DNA of 64,000 nt from Mesoflavibacter profundi (GCF_014764305.1 NZ_CP061703.1:1392800-1456799); one strand, 5' to 3'; positions 23,001 to 33,289 are shown, counted from the first letter of the stretch. The notes: generated by a model not told the origin, from the sequence alone. Made by a program: numbers and translations.

Positions 23001-24777
23001 AATTACCTACAGGTTGTAAAGCAGGAACATTAATGGTTATATTTTCTATTACATTTCCGCCACTTACTGCAACATCTAAAGTTGTAATAGTTTCATTTAA
23101 ATCGTCAAAATCGCCATCGCCATTCCAATCGATCCAAACTCCACCAGCACCGTTATATTGTGTACCATTATCACAATCTCCAAACTCTACAATTACAGTA
23201 TATGATCCACCAACATTTAAATCGGCACTCATCGCAGTATAATCATTAACACCAGTTGTACATACATCTGTAGTATTATTTGATATTGTATTATTTTCTC
23301 CAACTAGCGTTACATTTTCTATTTCCGAATCTAAAGCACTTGTAGCACCTGATGTACAATAGGCAAATACAGATGTGCAAGAGACTTCTACGCCATTAGA
23401 CCATTCTAAATCGTTTCTTGTAAAAACTTTATAGGTGTAAGTAGTACCATTGGTTAAGCCTATTATGGTTTCAGTAGTTCCTGTTCCCTTGTAAACACAA
23501 AATCCACCATCAAAAGCAGTACCAGCTCCAAAAGTTGTACTAGCTGTGTATGTACCACCATTTCCAGTTGGTGTAGCTGTAGAAAAAGATGTGTCTGTTG
23601 CAAACACTAAAATATTATCATAACAATCTGTTGGTAAAGTCCAATCTACAGTAGTAGTATTATTTTCACATAAAGAAGTTGTTAATCCTGTAACGTTGCT
23701 TGGTGTTGCAGTTTGTATAGTATGTGTATCACTATCGTAAGCTGTTCCTGTTACACTTCCAGCAGAAACAAAGGTTAAATCTGTAGTTAATAAAGCGCTT
23801 ACTTGTATTGTGTTACCATTGGTTGAAGTACATGGTATATCTGTAGTAATAAATAAATAGCCAGTACTTCCATTAGAAATTAATTGGCTAAATCCAGTAA
23901 ATGTATGTGTGCCTGGTCCTAATGTTGTTGTTATATTATCAAGTAAAGTATCTGTACCTGCATTAAAAGTTGCATCTGCAGAGTAGTATAATTTAAAATT
24001 TGTGATGTTTGAAGCTGCATATGTACCTGTTGTTGTAAAAGACACATCTGTTAAGGTCGCATTGGCTGTGGATACTGTTAAATCAAATGCGTAGATTGGA
24101 GTATCGTCTGCAGCTTGAATAATATTTGTAGCAGCAGTTGCAGGATTAGCAGAGTTTAATATTATGTCTGGTGGAGTAACGCTTCCACAAGATGCAGGAG
24201 CATCTCCAAATCCTGTCATAGTTGATCCATCTGCGATTTGAGTAAATCTTGTGCTAGGATCAGACCAACCATCAATATCACCATCACATAAACCATCTAA
24301 TACTTGTAGGTTATTGTTAGCAGTGCTTACACCACTTCCTGACCAACTTGATCCTGGATCTGTACCGCACAGACCAAACATATCTTGAATAGTTCCTCCT
24401 AAATATAATGATAACGCATCATCTCCATTAAATGAAAATGCATACGTTGTTGTTCCAGAAAGATTTGTACCATTTGTGGTTGCATAAGTCGTTAAGTTAG
24501 AAGTTCCAATTACCCAAACTTGATCTGCAAGTAGTGTTCCGCTTGTGATATTAATACCTGTCAGTAGATTACATGCTCCACCATTTGTTCCTTGATAAAC
24601 TTGAAGATTATTAGTTGCAGAAAAAGTTATATCAGCTCCTGAGACATTAAATATTTCTATTCCTTTTGGTATAGTCCCAGAATCGGCTTCAATGTATTGA
24701 CTAATTATAATATCAGATTGCCCAAAAGAAACACAAACAGTAAGTGTCAAAATTATTGATAGTATTAGTTTTTTCAT
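20065..24777 (-). CDS. Large T9SS-secreted surface protein (lamin-tail domain, IPT/TIG-like and Ig-like repeats)
   Basis: Signal peptide, an LTD-like N-terminal region, an IPT-like segment (SFTPTSGPTESIVTITGTGF) and a type-A T9SS C-terminal domain. 1570 aa. Confidence 0.6.
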   Translation of the reverse strand: MKKLILSIILTLTVCVSFGQSDIIISQYIEADSGTIPKGIEIFNVSGADITFSATNNLQVYQGTNGGACNLLTGINITSGTLLADQVWVIGTSNLTTYATTNGTNLSGTTTYAFSFNGDDALSLYLGGTIQDMFGLCGTDPGSSWSGSGVSTANNNLQVLDGLCDGDIDGWSDPSTRFTQIADGSTMTGFGDAPASCGSVTPPDIILNSANPATAATNIIQAADDTPIYAFDLTVSTANATLTDVSFTTTGTYAASNITNFKLYYSADATFNAGTDTLLDNITTTLGPGTHTFTGFSQLISNGSTGYLFITTDIPCTSTNGNTIQVSALLTTDLTFVSAGSVTGTAYDSDTHTIQTATPSNVTGLTTSLCENNTTTVDWTLPTDCYDNILVFATDTSFSTATPTGNGGTYTASTTFGAGTAFDGGFCVYKGTGTTETIIGLTNGTTYTYKVFTRNDLEWSNGVEVSCTSVFAYCTSGATSALDSEIENVTLVGENNTISNNTTDVCTTGVNDYTAMSADLNVGGSYTVIVEFGDCDNGTQYNGAGGVWIDWNGDGDFDDLNETITTLDVAVSGGNVIENITINVPALQPVGNYRMRIVQEEGGSTGTVSPCGTFTYGSTEDYTIEVINACIPTQTIVSFTPTSGPTESIVTITGTGFSGSSTVDFNGTSATILSQTATELVVEVPSGATTGVITVTESGCPVNSSSNFTIIDAFGSCSGGTSFTDLIITEVYDSDSGNGWYMELYNPTATAIDLDAVGTDFEIERYADIGDAAPSRTIDLTGTVAAYSVFTLRIGSATPNPCSTITYDFTELNAGINANDEIRLTKNGLQHDVVHCPNETGYSILRNSVATGPSTTFTAGDWTTNLTESCADLGAFVLPTSLPTASPISDVSGCTGVTFNFTATAGNSGTLTYAWYYNDGVSPTWSTVTSTSFLPGSVTGENTNTLTINGFDLDGYQFYAEVTEDGSCGQATNAAQVSMVTTTWSAGTWDNGVPNLTTVAIINDTYNTGTNGNIEACNLYINTGNTLTVSANSYATVQYSIYNNGGLIVQHQGSVVQIDDAGIYDDSGSALGSPTTVEKLTSTLDAWYEYTYWSSPVSGETFGNALFQSSPSRRFSFNAANFIDSTYETNNDNTATIGAGIDDIDDDGNDWQLMAGTDVLTPGVGYAATHSIAAFSGPNNYNYSFRGPLNTGTIVVSVERNDTELGDTNWNLIGNPYPSAIDADLFFTENNFATNPTDGKLDGAIYLWSQATPPSATTNGNEVLNFSNNDYAVINGAAEVAGGDLITPDRFIPSGQGFFVTYSNSPASTSGNVRFNNAMRVNSNNDQFFRTANQNGIDNKIWVNLTSDLGVHNQIAVAYVNGATADNDGEFYDAKKSGAILSDIALYSLIPNNDKKLAIQGKSPQDINLSEVIYLGFINNIEIPSIFTISIDHLQGDFLLNNTAYLKDNLLNTHHNLTNSDYVFTSDQGEFNNRFEIVFTNPALSIDEFTLNNENTSIISLPNDEIKVTAPKHLKIKNVTIYDALGRKIIKLKGQENTETYQLNNISQAVYLAEIELSNKQIVTKKFIKK

Positions 24778-24944
24778 TATAATTGGTTTTTTAAAAAATG
24801 ACCAGAAGCAAATATAGGTAAACTGTAGGGTAAAATCCGTAATAATTCGATGAACGACAACATTTTATAGTGATATTTAATTAAAACTTAATATTTGTCC
24901 TACTTTTTTAATATTTATTTAATTATGTGTTTTATTATTGAAAT

Positions 24945-25412
24945 ATGAATAATTCTTATACGGTAGAAGACGCTAAAAGAAAATTAGAACATTATTGTGC
25001 TTACCAAGAGCGATGCCATAAAGATGTGTATACTAAATTGTTAAGTATGAAGATGATTCCTGAAGCTATAGATGTAATAATTGTTCATTTAATCGATAAT
25101 AATTTTTTAAATGAAGAACGTTTTGCAAAAGCATTTGTTAGCGGAAAGTTTAATATTAAAAAATGGGGAAAACGTCGTTTGGAATTAGAATTAAAACGAA
25201 GAGATATTTCCTCTTACAATATTAATCAAGCTTTAAAGACGATTACGGATGAAGATTATTATAACGCAATAGATCAATTAGCAAGAAAAAGATGTAATGC
25301 ACTTAAAGAAACCGATACTTTTAAGAAGAAAAAAAAGTTAGTAGACTACTTACTTTATCGCGGTTGGGAAACACATTTAGTATATGATAAGGTAAATGAG
25401 TTAATTCCATAA
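24945..25412 (+). CDS. recX: Regulatory protein RecX
   Basis: 155 aa three-helix-repeat protein. The N-terminus (AKRKLEHYCAYQERCHKDV) is typical of RecX. Confidence 0.75.
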   Translation: MNNSYTVEDAKRKLEHYCAYQERCHKDVYTKLLSMKMIPEAIDVIIVHLIDNNFLNEERFAKAFVSGKFNIKKWGKRRLELELKRRDISSYNINQALKTITDEDYYNAIDQLARKRCNALKETDTFKKKKKLVDYLLYRGWETHLVYDKVNELIP

Positions 25413-25413
25413 A

Positions 25414-25452
25414 AAAAGCCTTTCAATTAGTAAATTTGAAAGGCTTTAATTT
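25414..25452. terminator. Rho-independent terminator
   Basis: Hairpin aaagcctttcaa...ttgaaaggcttt followed by a T-run. Confidence 0.5.
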
Positions 25453-25466
25453 TATAAAGTACTGAA

Positions 25467-25958
25467 CTATAAATTAAATACAGCTCCAATATTTGCAGTA
25501 AATTGATTGTGAATTTTTTCAGCAGGACTTAATCTTCCTGATTTATATTTGGCAAAAGTGGTACCAAATTCTGAGAAGATTCCAAATCCATCAGAAAAGA
25601 AATAACGCATACCTAAATGACCACCAAAGTTTTTTAACCCTAAATTTATTCCAGGATACACATCAAAATTATCGCTAATGTTTAATACGTTACCAAGGTT
25701 GGCATTAAATCTAGCTTTTAAATCTATTCTGTTATCAAAATCTGCTTCTAAACCGTTGTTAAGATTTAAAGCATAACCTGTAACTAAACCTACAGAAATG
25801 TTTTCGCCTAAACCGTAATCGTAAGTGATTACAATACCGTTTACATTATCTTGAAAATTTGCACCAATTTGTAATTTTTGATCGTCTTTTCCGCTAAAAG
25901 ACTGTGCTGACATAAAACTTGTGATTAGACAAGTAAGTATAAGTAATCCGTTTTTCAT
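25467..25958 (-). CDS. Small outer-membrane beta-barrel protein
   Basis: Signal peptide, glycine/aromatic-rich beta strands and a C-terminal ...VFNL. Confidence 0.4.
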   Translation of the reverse strand: MKNGLLILTCLITSFMSAQSFSGKDDQKLQIGANFQDNVNGIVITYDYGLGENISVGLVTGYALNLNNGLEADFDNRIDLKARFNANLGNVLNISDNFDVYPGINLGLKNFGGHLGMRYFFSDGFGIFSEFGTTFAKYKSGRLSPAEKIHNQFTANIGAVFNL

Positions 25959-25964
25959 TTGTAA

Positions 25965-26825
25965 TTATTTGCTTAAAAATTTGTTTGTATTTGTAATGGC
26001 TTTTTGGTTTTTCCAATCTATCCATTTTTGACCTTTAATACGTCGCATGACGTTATCAATGCTTCGCATGATAAATACGTTATAAATAGCTTTTCCTAAG
26101 TTTTTCGGGTTTCGTGCTATAGCACGTAAACTCATAGAAAATCCTGGAGTAAGATAACGCATGTAATGCCAATAGCCTTCTGGCATATAAAGTACTTCTC
26201 CATGATTTAAATTACAAACCCAACCATTAGCATTTTTTAATGCTGGCCATTTGGTATAATCTGGATTTGCAAAGTCTATATCTTCTCTGGTTATAAGCGA
26301 ATGTGGTATTTTATATAAATGTTTATTTTGCTTTTGGTCAAATAATATACATTGTTTTTTACCTTCAAAATGAAAATGAAAAATGTTAGCTAAATCTATA
26401 TCATAATGCATAAATGTATAGCTCTCACGACCGCCAAAAAATAGCATTGGTAACCCTTTCATTAACCTTAACCCAAAATCTGGATATTTAAAATCTTTTT
26501 GTAACTGCGGGACTTCTTTTAAGATATTCCAAAGAAAAATACGGTATTTTGTAGGTTCTTTTTTTAAAAGATCTACATAATCTTTCATTTTCATTTTGGC
26601 ATGAGGCTCGTTAAAACCATCTTTGTAATCTACTGGTCTATCGTCGTATAACGGTACAGTTTTTTCACCAGCAATGTCTTTCATGTAGTCTAAACTCCAT
26701 TTAGAGTAAGCTGGCCAATCTGTAATAAACTCTTCGATCACAACAGGAAGCTGTGGCTTAAAATAATTTTTTAAAAAAGCTTCCTTAGTTATGGTTTTAA
26801 CTCTTGGTATATCTTTTAGATCCAA
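25965..26825 (-). CDS. Cupin-like (JmjC-type) domain protein
   Basis: A HxD...H-like metal-site arrangement (HYDIDLANIFHFH ... HGEVLYMPEGYWHY) typical of cupin_8/JmjC. Confidence 0.55.
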   Translation of the reverse strand: MDLKDIPRVKTITKEAFLKNYFKPQLPVVIEEFITDWPAYSKWSLDYMKDIAGEKTVPLYDDRPVDYKDGFNEPHAKMKMKDYVDLLKKEPTKYRIFLWNILKEVPQLQKDFKYPDFGLRLMKGLPMLFFGGRESYTFMHYDIDLANIFHFHFEGKKQCILFDQKQNKHLYKIPHSLITREDIDFANPDYTKWPALKNANGWVCNLNHGEVLYMPEGYWHYMRYLTPGFSMSLRAIARNPKNLGKAIYNVFIMRSIDNVMRRIKGQKWIDWKNQKAITNTNKFLSK

Positions 26826-26900
26826 ATTAAACAGTTAACAAATTAATTAGCAAAGTTAATAAAACGTTACCAAATGTACTATAGTTAGCTGTCTTATAGA

Positions 26901-28721
26901 TTAGTTAAAGTTATATCGTAGTCCAAAAAGCACATTGCTTGGTGGCATTGGTACAAAACCTGCTTCTATATATTCTGCATTAAAAATATTGCTAGCAGTA
27001 GCGGTTAGTGTAAATTGTTTTAATCTAGCCTCTAAAGATGCATCCCAAACATTATAACTTTGACCAGTTGTACGCTCTGCATGTTTATAAACAATATTTT
27101 GAGTAATATTTTTAAATAATTGAGTGCTTAAACGTGATGTAAAGTGGTGTTTTAATGTATTTAAAGAATAACGAGATAACTCTTTATTTTGATCAATAAT
27201 ATTATCTTCTAAAAAGTTATAAGCTACTGCAAAAGTTTGCTTGTAATTATTAATGTTGAAATTATAGTTTGCTTCAACTTCAAAACCTTTAGTGTTTACT
27301 TTAGCAATGTTAGACGCTATAAATTTAGGTGCATCTACAGTTGGTTTTATAAAATCAATAAGATTTTCTGAATCTCTATTATATACTGCTGCAGAAGCAG
27401 AAAACTTTGAAGAGTTATATTTTAACCCAATTTCTTGAGCAAAAGCTTTTTCTGGTTCTAAATTCTCGTTTCCTTCTGTGCTTGGATCGTTGTAAAATAA
27501 ATCTGTATAAGTTGGTATTCTATAAGTGTAACCAATATTACCGTAAGCTTTAAGGTTGTTAGTTACTTTAACACCAAGATCTAAACCAGGAAACGCATAA
27601 AATTTAAAATCTGAAAAATACGTTACTGCAACTCCAGGTGTAACATCTACAACATTATTAAATAATTTAAACTGATGTTCTAAAAATAACGTAGACATAA
27701 AACGTTGTCTGTTACCTAAATTATTACTTCTAATATACACTTTAGATACATCTACACCAAAACCAGTAACACCAAGGTTAGAAGTGTAAGACGCGTTAAC
27801 TTCTGTTCCTATTTTATCTGTAATGTGTAAATTTCTATAAACTGTTGGATTGTTACGTATGTAAATGTATTCATCTTGATTACGCTTCCAATATACACGT
27901 GGTTTTATAGTAAGATTTTCGGTTTTAAATTGTGTTGAAAATGCTAGTAAACTATTTTGAGTTTCTTCGTATTGATCTATTGCACTTTCGCGAGCATAAA
28001 ATCCATTAGCTCCAAATTTTCGCTCTTGAAACGTTGCAATCATTTCAATTGCTTTTTTCTTCTTATTAAAAACACTTTTTACAAAATAATTGCTGTTATC
28101 GTAATCTGTGTTATAGCGGTAACCTTCAGACGTCATTTTGTCTATATGTACAATATGTGAAGAGGTTTCTAAATCTGCACCAACTGTAACGCCAGCATTA
28201 AATTGTCCAAAACTACCAGCTTCTAACTTTGCAGATACCGTATTTTTTAAACTGTTTTTAGTTACAATATTTATAGCACCAGTAAAAGCGTTTTGTCCAA
28301 AAACACGAGCTGCAGGACCTTTAATAATCTCTATACGTTCTATCACTTCTAATGGTAAAGCCGCATTCATGGTGTGATGTCCTGTTTGTGCATCGTCCAT
28401 TTTAATACCATCAATTAGTAATAATGTTTGGTCAAATCCGCCACCACGAATATATAAATCTGCTTGGCTACCTGCAGTTCCACGACGTCTAATGTCTACA
28501 CCAGCAAATTGTTGTAACACATCTGCAACATTGGTAGCAGCACTATTTTTAATATCTGTTGAAGAAATCACAGTGATAGTTCTAGAGTTTTCTTCAAACG
28601 GTAAATCTATTCTGGTAGAAGAGATAACAACCGAGTCTAATTGTTGTTCTTTTTGTAAATCTTGCGCTTGTAAACTTGTTGTTAAAACGCTTAGCCCGAT
28701 AAAAAAACGAGTCAATTTCAT
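26901..28721 (-). CDS. TonB-dependent receptor (plug plus barrel)
   Basis: Signal peptide, a plug region (IEIIKGPAARVFGQNAFTGAINIV) and a C-terminal RYNFN. Confidence 0.8.
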   Translation of the reverse strand: MKLTRFFIGLSVLTTSLQAQDLQKEQQLDSVVISSTRIDLPFEENSRTITVISSTDIKNSAATNVADVLQQFAGVDIRRRGTAGSQADLYIRGGGFDQTLLLIDGIKMDDAQTGHHTMNAALPLEVIERIEIIKGPAARVFGQNAFTGAINIVTKNSLKNTVSAKLEAGSFGQFNAGVTVGADLETSSHIVHIDKMTSEGYRYNTDYDNSNYFVKSVFNKKKKAIEMIATFQERKFGANGFYARESAIDQYEETQNSLLAFSTQFKTENLTIKPRVYWKRNQDEYIYIRNNPTVYRNLHITDKIGTEVNASYTSNLGVTGFGVDVSKVYIRSNNLGNRQRFMSTLFLEHQFKLFNNVVDVTPGVAVTYFSDFKFYAFPGLDLGVKVTNNLKAYGNIGYTYRIPTYTDLFYNDPSTEGNENLEPEKAFAQEIGLKYNSSKFSASAAVYNRDSENLIDFIKPTVDAPKFIASNIAKVNTKGFEVEANYNFNINNYKQTFAVAYNFLEDNIIDQNKELSRYSLNTLKHHFTSRLSTQLFKNITQNIVYKHAERTTGQSYNVWDASLEARLKQFTLTATASNIFNAEYIEAGFVPMPPSNVLFGLRYNFN

Positions 28722-28799
28722 AATAAATTTTTAATGTGATTTTTGAAGCTGCAAAATTCGTAACTTTCCGGATTAGTAAACTAGTCCAGTTTTAAAACA

Positions 28800-30293
28800 A
28801 TGAATAGTCCGGTTGAAGACATATTATTAACATTAACAGCTTTAGATAATACATCTGTTTCGCCCAAGTACATTCAAATTGCACAGCAAGTTATAAATGC
28901 TATACAACGTGGTTATTTAACAGAAGGAACTAAGTTGCCAGGAACCAGAAAATTTGGCGAATTGCTTGGTGTAAATCGCAATACAGTAGTTGCAGTTTAT
29001 GATGAATTAGCATCACAAGGTTGGGTAGATATAGTTGCAAATAAAGGGACTTTTGTTTTAATGCCTGAAAAGAAAACAGCAGCAATTAAAGGTGCTACAC
29101 AAGGATTAGAAAAATTAAAAACGTATCCAGAAACAGCAGGGTTTTCATTTCAATCTTCATTTAATTTAGCATCTACAGAAGAAAATTCTGAATGTGCATA
29201 TGTGCTAAACGATGGGCAACCGGATTTAAGATTGCATCCAACGCATCAATTTTCGCGTTGGTATAGTGCGTCTATGAAACGTCCAACTTTAGTGTCTAAA
29301 TGGAATCAAATCCAAGATCAATTCTATTCTATATTTAATAAACAACTGTGTAATTATTTAAATGCAACACGCGGTTTTTACATAATGCCGCATAATATTT
29401 TAAGTACACGAAGTACAGAGATGAGTTTGTATATCGTATCGCAATTACTTATTAAAAAAAACGATGTGGTATTGGTTGCGCAATTAAGTCCTTATAAATC
29501 AAATATGATTTTTCAGCAAGCTGGTGCAAATTTAATTACCATACCTGTTGATCATAACGGAATAGATGTAGATTTTATAGAACAGCATTTTACCAAAAAC
29601 AGTATTAGATGTGTTTATGTTTGTGCGCATAGGCAATACCCAACAACAGTAACGTTGTCTGCCGAAAGACGTGTTAAATTACTACAACTAGCTAAAGCTT
29701 ATAATTTTGCTATAATTGAAGACGATTTTGATTACGATTTTCAATTTAATGGATCGGCAATGTTGCCTATGGCAAGTGCAGATAGTGAAGGCGTTGTAAT
29801 CTATCTAGGACGTTTAGGACAATCTTTTTTTCCTAGTTTTCAAATAGGATTTTTAATCGCGCCGCAAAACGTAATTAAAGAAGCTAATAATTACCTTCAG
29901 CTATTAGACAAACAAGGCGATTTAATACAAAAACAAATGTTGTCTGAGCTTATTGCAGAAGGTGAAATTAACCGATTAATCAAGAAAAATATTACGGTTT
30001 ATAAACAACGCAGAGATTATTTGTCCAAATGTTTAACTATCCATTTTAAAGATATAGCTACATGGAAAATCCCTGATGGTGGATTAGCTATATGGTTAGA
30101 ATTTAAAACGAGTATATCTTTATTTCAATTAGCCGAAAAAGCAAAAGCAAACAATTTATTTTTACCAAAAACCATATTGTATCAAAATAAATCACTTTGT
30201 GCTATGCGATTAGGTTTTGGTCACTTAAATGAAGATGAAATTAAAACCGTAGTTAAAATTTTGAAGCAGTCTTTTGATGCGGTTAAAGTTTAG
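28800..30293 (+). CDS. MocR/GabR-type regulator (GntR HTH fused to a class I aminotransferase-like domain)
   Basis: An N-terminal winged HTH (LPGTRKFGELLGVNRNTVVAVYDEL) is followed by a PLP-fold domain of about 350 aa. Confidence 0.8.
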   Translation: MNSPVEDILLTLTALDNTSVSPKYIQIAQQVINAIQRGYLTEGTKLPGTRKFGELLGVNRNTVVAVYDELASQGWVDIVANKGTFVLMPEKKTAAIKGATQGLEKLKTYPETAGFSFQSSFNLASTEENSECAYVLNDGQPDLRLHPTHQFSRWYSASMKRPTLVSKWNQIQDQFYSIFNKQLCNYLNATRGFYIMPHNILSTRSTEMSLYIVSQLLIKKNDVVLVAQLSPYKSNMIFQQAGANLITIPVDHNGIDVDFIEQHFTKNSIRCVYVCAHRQYPTTVTLSAERRVKLLQLAKAYNFAIIEDDFDYDFQFNGSAMLPMASADSEGVVIYLGRLGQSFFPSFQIGFLIAPQNVIKEANNYLQLLDKQGDLIQKQMLSELIAEGEINRLIKKNITVYKQRRDYLSKCLTIHFKDIATWKIPDGGLAIWLEFKTSISLFQLAEKAKANNLFLPKTILYQNKSLCAMRLGFGHLNEDEIKTVVKILKQSFDAVKV

Positions 30294-30294
30294 T

Positions 30295-30825
30295 TTATTC
30301 GTAAACAAATTCGCCTTTTTCACGATAGGCATCTTTGTTCATCCATTTAAAATCACCAGTTTCAGTAGCATCTAATAAGTCAGCGTCAAGTGCATCTGCC
30401 AGATGTAAGCCAATATCAAAAGCTTCTTTTTCTTGATATACCGTTGTCGCTTCAATTTTATTTTTAGTATTATAAAATAGATTGATAGCATATTTGCTTT
30501 CAGAAATATTTGTAGAGGCTGAAGATACCCAAACTTTGGTGTTAAATGTTGCTGCAAAAACAGAAACGTAGTCAATGTCTGGAATTGACTGCCACTTACC
30601 AATTTTAAAACCAAGAATTGAAAACACTTTTCTGTAGGTTTTTGATTCTAAATCAATCTCTGTGCCTTCAGTTTTTAATAATAAATAGCTGAAAGCTAAA
30701 GGAACGATTGTGGCTATATTTCCTGATGTTACTAAGTTAAAGATGGTAAAAACTATTATTGCAACGCCTAAAATAGTTCGCCATAATGGTATTTTTTCTA
30801 TATAACTAATGGTATATTTATTCAT
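30295..30825 (-). CDS. Hypothetical membrane protein
   Basis: Two N-terminal TM helices. No family recognised. Confidence 0.4.
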   Translation of the reverse strand: MNKYTISYIEKIPLWRTILGVAIIVFTIFNLVTSGNIATIVPLAFSYLLLKTEGTEIDLESKTYRKVFSILGFKIGKWQSIPDIDYVSVFAATFNTKVWVSSASTNISESKYAINLFYNTKNKIEATTVYQEKEAFDIGLHLADALDADLLDATETGDFKWMNKDAYREKGEFVYE

Positions 30826-31240
30826 TTATTTTTATATCAAATTCAGTTTTACAATCATTACATCTATATTTATCCTTAGCATAAAAGGGAAGTGTGCCAA
30901 ATAAAAAGCCAACCATAAAAGAAAAAAAAGATTTAAAATCTTTAATAGTAGAAAACATAGCTACTTTGCTGCTGTTACAATTAGGACATTGTATAGCGTT
31001 GCCATTATCATCTACCGAGTATTTATTAATAGTTTCTAAAATATGTTGTGCTTTTAAAGCATCTTTAGCTAATACTTTAAGTTTAACGCCACCAATAGCA
31101 TTACTTACCAAAGGATCTGTATCTATGGTCAAGTGGTCGCTTAAAAACACTTCGATACCTTCAGATTCTAAACGACCTTTTATAATCTGCGCCTCTGCAG
31201 AATACTGAAATTTTGCTATAGTTTTAAAGGTTGTTGACAT
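30818..31240 (-). CDS. DUF2007-like putative signal-transducing protein with a C-terminal Cys-rich/membrane tail
   Basis: The N-terminal about 70 aa resemble DUF2007. The C-terminus has a CPNC...CNDC Cys pair pattern. Confidence 0.4.
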   Translation of the reverse strand: MSTTFKTIAKFQYSAEAQIIKGRLESEGIEVFLSDHLTIDTDPLVSNAIGGVKLKVLAKDALKAQHILETINKYSVDDNGNAIQCPNCNSSKVAMFSTIKDFKSFFSFMVGFLFGTLPFYAKDKYRCNDCKTEFDIKINE

Positions 31241-31292
31241 GACTGAAAATTAAAAAGGTTTCGGTTAAATATTAACCGAAACCTTTAGTGTT

Positions 31293-32708
31293 TTATTTGT
31301 TATCGGTTTCATTATTAGAAGTGTCTTTTACTTCTTCTACATTTTTTCCTTTTAAATATTCTGGTAATTCCATACCAGCCATATTAAACATATCTTGTAA
31401 TGGCGGTACAGATTTATACATGCCAGATAAGAAATTTGCAGTAGAAGATTTACCGTCTTGACTATTACCACTATCCCAAACGGTAACTTTATCAATTTTT
31501 ATGTTTTTAATGGCTTCGGCTTGCGTTTTTACTAATTCAGGAAGTTTATCGGCAATTAGCAATAATACTGCGTCTTTAGAGTTGTTTCCGGCTGCTTTAA
31601 CAATTTCGTCAAGACCAGCTGCTTGTTTTGTTAATACTTCGTATAAACCTTGTGCTTCTGCTTGTGCTTTAAATAAAATAGCGTCTGCTTCACCTTTTGC
31701 TTTACGTCTTATGCGTTCTGCTTCAGCTTCTGCGTCTATTTCGACTTTCTTTTTATCAATTTCGGCAGGTACAATAACATCTGCCATTTGAGAAGAGCGT
31801 TCTCTTTCTGCTCTTGCTGTTTCGGCTTCTTTTTCTGCTGCATAAGATTCTTCTAATGCTTTTGCAGATTGTACTTTTTCTGATGCAATTGCTACACGTT
31901 CTGCTTCTGCTTCACGTTGACGACGTAATGAATCTGAGTTTGCTACAGATATTTTTGCGGTATTTTCTCCTTCTACAGCTCTTGCGTTTGCTGCTGCTAC
32001 TTGTGTGCGTTCATCTTGTAAAGCATTTGCTTCACCAATAGATCCATCTCTGTTTTTTTCGGCTACAGATTTACGTGCTGCGTTTATTGCATGCGCTGCA
32101 GCTTCTTTACCTAGCGCTTCAATGTAGCCAGACTCGTCTACAATATCTGTAATGTTTACGTTGATTAGTTTAAGACCAACTTTCTTTAATTCAGACTCTA
32201 CGCTTTCAGATATATTAGATAAAAATTTATCGCGGTCGCTGTTAATTTCTTCTATATCCATAGAAGCTACAACTAAGCGTAATTGACCAAAGATAATTTC
32301 TTGTGCTAATTCTTGAATTTCATTTTGACCTAAACCTAATAATCGTTCTGCTGCATTTTGCATTATACCTGGTTCTGTAGAGATACCAATGGTAAAGCGT
32401 GAAGGTACATTTACACGAATATTTTGTTTTGATAACGCATTTACTAGATTAACTTCTATAGAAATTGGTGTTAAATCCAAGTACTCGTAATCTTGAATAA
32501 CCGGTAAGATAAATGCAGCACCACCATGTATACATTTTGCCGATTGCCCGCCGCCAACTTTACCATATACCACAAGAATACGGTCTGAAGGACAACGCTT
32601 ATAACGTTTTATAAGCACGATTAAGAATAAGAAAATGAAAAGTACTGCGGCTATTACAGCTGCAGGAAAGCCTAAATTAAAGGCATCTTGTGTGGTTAGT
32701 GTTATCAT
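31293..32708 (-). CDS. Flotillin / SPFH (band 7) domain protein (YqiK-like)
   Basis: N-terminal TM helix, an SPFH domain, and a long Ala/Glu-rich coiled coil. Confidence 0.8.
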   Translation of the reverse strand: MITLTTQDAFNLGFPAAVIAAVLFIFLFLIVLIKRYKRCPSDRILVVYGKVGGGQSAKCIHGGAAFILPVIQDYEYLDLTPISIEVNLVNALSKQNIRVNVPSRFTIGISTEPGIMQNAAERLLGLGQNEIQELAQEIIFGQLRLVVASMDIEEINSDRDKFLSNISESVESELKKVGLKLINVNITDIVDESGYIEALGKEAAAHAINAARKSVAEKNRDGSIGEANALQDERTQVAAANARAVEGENTAKISVANSDSLRRQREAEAERVAIASEKVQSAKALEESYAAEKEAETARAERERSSQMADVIVPAEIDKKKVEIDAEAEAERIRRKAKGEADAILFKAQAEAQGLYEVLTKQAAGLDEIVKAAGNNSKDAVLLLIADKLPELVKTQAEAIKNIKIDKVTVWDSGNSQDGKSSTANFLSGMYKSVPPLQDMFNMAGMELPEYLKGKNVEEVKDTSNNETDNK

Positions 32709-32713
32709 ATTGA

Positions 32714-33289
32714 TTAATTATTTAATTTTTCGATGATTAATATCCCGTTAGGAGTAACAGAGGTGACTTTTATTACGGTACCAGTTTTAAGATCTGTTTC
32801 AGAGTCGGTTAGCGCTTCCAATTCGCGTAAAGCACCTTGTATGCGCACATGTGCTTTTCCTATTTTAGAGCGATTAGCACCAACTGTTAAATACACTTCT
32901 CCAATTTGATCTAATGCATTTTTATAGTCTAAAGTACCGCTATCACTAAGTTTTCTCATATAGTAAAACATTGCAGCCATAATAGCCATCATAATTAGTC
33001 CGCAGATTAAAGATATGATTATGGTTGTTGGTTTAGAAAATCCTTCGTCTATACAAGCTATACCTGACCAACCAAATATGGTAAAAAATCCAACTAGATT
33101 TTTATAAGTTATAAACTGAAAACCAATACCTGTGTCTCCATCTATTTCAGCATCTACATCACTTAATTCGTCAGCATCGCCACCTATTAAAGACATAACT
33201 ATTGATACTATAAAATTTAATGATGCTATAATAGCTATAGCCCAATATATTTTAGGAAACCATTCTAAAGTAGAAAACCAATCTAACAT
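32714..33289 (-). CDS. NfeD/YqiJ-like membrane protein (flotillin partner)
   Basis: TM helices plus a C-terminal OB-like domain. It sits immediately upstream of the flotillin gene. Confidence 0.6.
   Translation of the reverse strand: MLDWFSTLEWFPKIYWAIAIIASLNFIVSIVMSLIGGDADELSDVDAEIDGDTGIGFQFITYKNLVGFFTIFGWSGIACIDEGFSKPTTIIISLICGLIMMAIMAAMFYYMRKLSDSGTLDYKNALDQIGEVYLTVGANRSKIGKAHVRIQGALRELEALTDSETDLKTGTVIKVTSVTPNGILIIEKLNN

Noticed and set aside
31501-32041. Plus-strand ORFs (96 aa and 75 aa, Leu-rich) inside the flotillin gene
   Set aside because: They are the antisense translation of the Ala/Glu-rich coiled-coil coding region (GCN and GAA codons read as Leu-rich on the other strand). There is no independent support.
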